DNA of 64,000 nucleotides from Candidatus Bathyarchaeota archaeon. Lineage in GTDB: Archaea > Thermoproteota > Bathyarchaeia > Bathyarchaeales > Bathycorpusculaceae. Positions 60,908 to 64,000 of this stretch are shown here, one piece after another. The number at the start of each line of letters is the position of its first letter. Within the stretch, counting starts at the first letter, position 1. The stretch covers positions 192,001 through 256,000 of the forward strand of contig CAWEPZ010000009.1 in assembly GCA_963811105.1 (NCBI GenBank), in the 5' to 3' direction. The position numbers and the translations under genes were made by a program. Under the pieces are notes generated by a model. It searched no databases. It had not been told where the DNA came from and saw nothing but the letters and a program-made list of their open reading frames with translations.

Positions 60908-61730
60908 CTAAACAGGATTTTCCTCAAGGTTCTTTTTGACACTTTTGGCGCTTGGTCCCTTCAACTCTAATAGACCTTCCAAAGTTTTATGACATTTGCT
61001 GCACTGCAACATTGAGTTGCCGCATGAAGGACAGAATAACTCTCCATTTTGCAGGCGCTCCAAAAGCTTCAACAATTCTACTTTATTTTGTAATTGAGCG
61101 GGTATATCCTGCTTTAACGCCGGCGGCTCAGCAGCTTTCTTTTGCTCGCTTGTTGTCGAAATGATTTCATTGTAGACTTTAGTTATGCCTAGCTTTGCCT
61201 TCTCGCAGTTTCTGCTTATCATCTTCAGTTGCTTCTTCAATTATTTTCTTACCTCGCTCAAAGGTACGGGTTGAAACCCCGGCTTTTTTGGCGACTACCT
61301 CGGTTGCTTTGCCTTTGACCTCGGGCTCCGCGTCATCTGACGCTACCCCCAATCCTAACTGCATTTTTTGTCCGTCTTTGCCAACTCTGCCTTGTCGCTT
61401 CTTTGCAAGCGCTTTCTCAATCTCAAGCAGTGGCACTGCCAATTCTACAAGTTGAAAATTGTTGAGGTGGCGGCGTCTGAGGTTAGCTTCGATCACGAAT
61501 TTTTTTTCCAACAGCTCATCTTCAAACTTACGCACCTCAAAATCTGGGTCGATGCCAAGCTCGAGGCATGCGCGATAGCGGTGGTGTCCGTCTAAGACTT
61601 CAAGATCCTCGTTCACTATTATGGCGTAGTGCTGCCCTTCTGTTTGTATAGAGGCTTTTAGCTCGGCGAATTCTTCTGAGGACATTTGAGGGAGTAGTTT
61701 TTCGTATTGTGGGTTTAGGTGTAAGCTCAT
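60908..61730 (-). CDS. ParB/Srx-like N-domain + HTH + C-terminal Zn-finger protein (1-nt insertion near 61189)
   Basis: LKASI...IIVN...LDGHHRYRAC, NLRRRHL, HTH VAKKAGVSTRT; joins as GKASITKVYNEI to CPSC...CSKC. Confidence 0.8.
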
Positions 61731-62096
61731 GGTAGTCCCAAGTGTTGGCTTACTTTTGTTTGATTTATTATATAAGGGTGAAGGGTTAAACCTAAAATGG
61801 ATAGGAACTATTTTTGGTTGTTGAGATCACTTCTTAACAGTGGAAAGACATTCAGCTTAGCGCTAAACGCCTGACTTGTTGGCTCCATGATACAACAACA
61901 TACTCTTTTATTTTTTCTTTAACCACATATGTATGCATAGAAAAACTCGCCAGCTCGTTTGGCGAATCACCCCGTTAACCAAAATGCGACGTTCTCTCTC
62001 CTCTCTCTTCCTGAAATTCTTAAAAAGCCGCAAGGTTAACAAAGGCTGGTTCGCCAACCCATACTTTTCCAAAATTAATTTTCGGTTCATGTCTAT

Positions 62097-62937
62097 TTAG
62101 TCCCTTACAGGCAAACGTATTATGAATTTTGCGCCTTTTCCTTCTTGGCTTTCAAATGTAACTGTGCCGCCCAGCGAATCTGCCATGCGCTTAAGTACTA
62201 CTGAGACAAAACCCTGTCCTTTAGACTTTGTTGTAACCAAAGGCGTAAACAGCTTATCCTTTGCCTCTGCAGGAATACCCACGCCTGTATCCGCCACAGT
62301 TATGACAGAATTATCTGCTTCTTTGTAGGCGTTTATTGAAAGTTTTCCGCCTTCAGCATAGCTTGAACTGCGTTGGTAACCAAATTGCCTAGAACTCGCT
62401 TCAGGATATCTGAGTCTGCCATCACAATGTCTGCCTCCTTTCGTATTTTGACTTGCACTTTGACTTTTTTTGGAACACCATTCTTTGTGATCAATTCATC
62501 TATCAGTTTTAGTAAGTTTGTTTCTTTGAGTTAGGTTTAAGAAGTCTAGTATAATCTTGCAGATCCGCCACTATTTTGTAGATGTACAAGATGTTTTTTT
62601 CAATCTCCTCTAAGCTTACTAGATCGTTCTTTCTCCTCGGAACCTGCTGTTGAGGCCAATTCTGTTTTTGCCAAATAAACATCGCCAGTTATAGCCTACA
62701 ATTATTACGAACACCGTGTCCAACCGTACCAACAGTAGCTCCTATAGCAGCCAAACGCTCAGCATCTTTTAACTGTGCTGCCCTTTGATCTGCAAGGGTT
62801 TCAATTTGATTTGCGTATTCTTCAAGACGGACAGGAGATTCTTCAAGCTTAAGTTGCATCTCTATTCGTTGGGTAATATCGACATTCGACTCCAACATTT
62901 CGTACATTTTGAAGTCAGAATCAAATTTGCCTACCAA
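62097..62937 (-). pseudogene. Histidine kinase, multiply frameshifted
   Basis: LKDAERLAAIGAT..GHGVRN, NLVTNA, DTGVGI, FTPLVTTKSKGQG spread over different frames. Confidence 0.8.
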
Positions 62938-63079
62938 TAACTGTGAACAACTATTCTATTGCCATCTTATTTCAGATTCTGTTGAGATTAAGAGAATTGA
63001 AGATTGCCAAAAGTGCTATTATTCTGCTCCAGTCCAAGCCAACCTCAAAATCAACATTTGAAAACTTCCAATTAAATCG

Positions 63080-63586
63080 TCAAAATCCTATGTTTGGAAG
63101 AACATAGTTTCTTCTTCTTCCCAGCACATCACCTATGAATGCACCTGCAAACCAGCACATTATAAGCGTAATAGAAAAGAATCCACCACCTATCGAATTT
63201 ACGATTTGTGCTAAAATCCCACTTACAGCGGAAACAAGCAGTATTACGGCCCAAGCAATGAAGCCAATGACGCATCCGCTCACAAACAGAAATACAGGTC
63301 TGTTGCCGCCAGGAATTGAGGGTTTAAATCTAATGTAGGATACAAAGCCTATCGCTATTATCACTGTAGCCAGCATCATAACTGTTATTCCTAAGGACAT
63401 ATTAAGGGCGAATCCAAAAACCATTGTAAAAACCGCTGCAAGTAACCCTAGAAACAGCCAATAGCTTTTGTACATTGAAATGTTTCTTGGTTTATTTTCA
63501 GTTTTAGGCAAAGACTTCTTTTTCTTTGTGTAAGTCTTTGGCTTAATCTTGGTCTTAGAAGAGGAGCTGCTCTTATCTTTAGGCAT
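63080..63586 (-). CDS. Hypothetical membrane protein (Lys-rich N-terminus, 4 TM)
   Basis: 168-aa ORF with hydrophobic helices. Confidence 0.65.
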   Translation of the reverse strand: MPKDKSSSSSKTKIKPKTYTKKKKSLPKTENKPRNISMYKSYWLFLGLLAAVFTMVFGFALNMSLGITVMMLATVIIAIGFVSYIRFKPSIPGGNRPVFLFVSGCVIGFIAWAVILLVSAVSGILAQIVNSIGGGFFSITLIMCWFAGAFIGDVLGRRRNYVLPNIGF

Positions 63587-64000
63587 AGTTCATACTACGC
63601 TATGTTGTCAACTAAAAAATGTTTGCCAAATCTCCCTTTTTAACTCCTAGACACCATACCAAGAACATAATCGGTCCGAACAACAAATATTTTGGCCTTT
63701 TTACAATGGCACAACCAAAAATCTGAACACTGATCAACATGTTTAAAGTGAATTTTATCATGGAAAAACCAAAATCGGACAAAGCTGTTAAAATCTGCAC
63801 TAGATGCAAGAACTAACTATGGCTCAAAAATGGCAAATCTTCTTTTTTGCTATTTTCTTCCAGTACTAAATTATGATTTTCAAGATATGCTCCTATTTAG
63901 TGGCGGTTGGCATCACCTTCAGACCGCAGCTCATATCTTTTTGGCTTTTTAACTATATAGACAACCAAGTTTTTTGAATCAAATGGATAGCTAGAAACTC

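Noticed and set aside
63612-64000. Short minus-strand ORFs at the window end
   Set aside because: Fragmentary, no recognisable motif, and truncated by the window edge.

Overview
A 64-kb low-GC archaeal chromosomal segment, most consistent with Ca. Bathyarchaeia (PQQ-repeat surface protein, Fpo-like [NiFe] complex, aIF-1A/Rio1/Dim2, aIF-2beta/DUF424, DUF373/UppS). Left (1-13.6 kb): a complex-I/Fpo-like operon (nuoA-B-CD-H-I-J-K-L) whose large subunit keeps both [NiFe] motifs, an upstream FrhB/FpoF-like protein fused to a CBS pair, and two ABC systems. Middle (13.7-42 kb): an accessory, heavily pseudogenised region with surface proteins, two near-identical IS5-family copies with their own 8-bp TSDs, a perfect 8x45-bp repeat gene, and a tRNA-Gly hotspot. 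In the hotspot a homologous block (gene 3'-end remnant, probably integrase, plus promoter) precedes both a tRNA-Gly(GCC) and an intron-containing tRNA-Gly(TCC), and a 25-bp tRNA 3' repeat closes a 4.5-kb island. Right (42-64 kb): mostly housekeeping genes, SdhAB plus aspartase/fumarase without a membrane anchor, an S53 protease and a ParB-like gene. Several conserved genes carry single-base indels that look like sequencing errors. No CRISPR array or rRNA was seen. All calls come from manual reading, with no database search.
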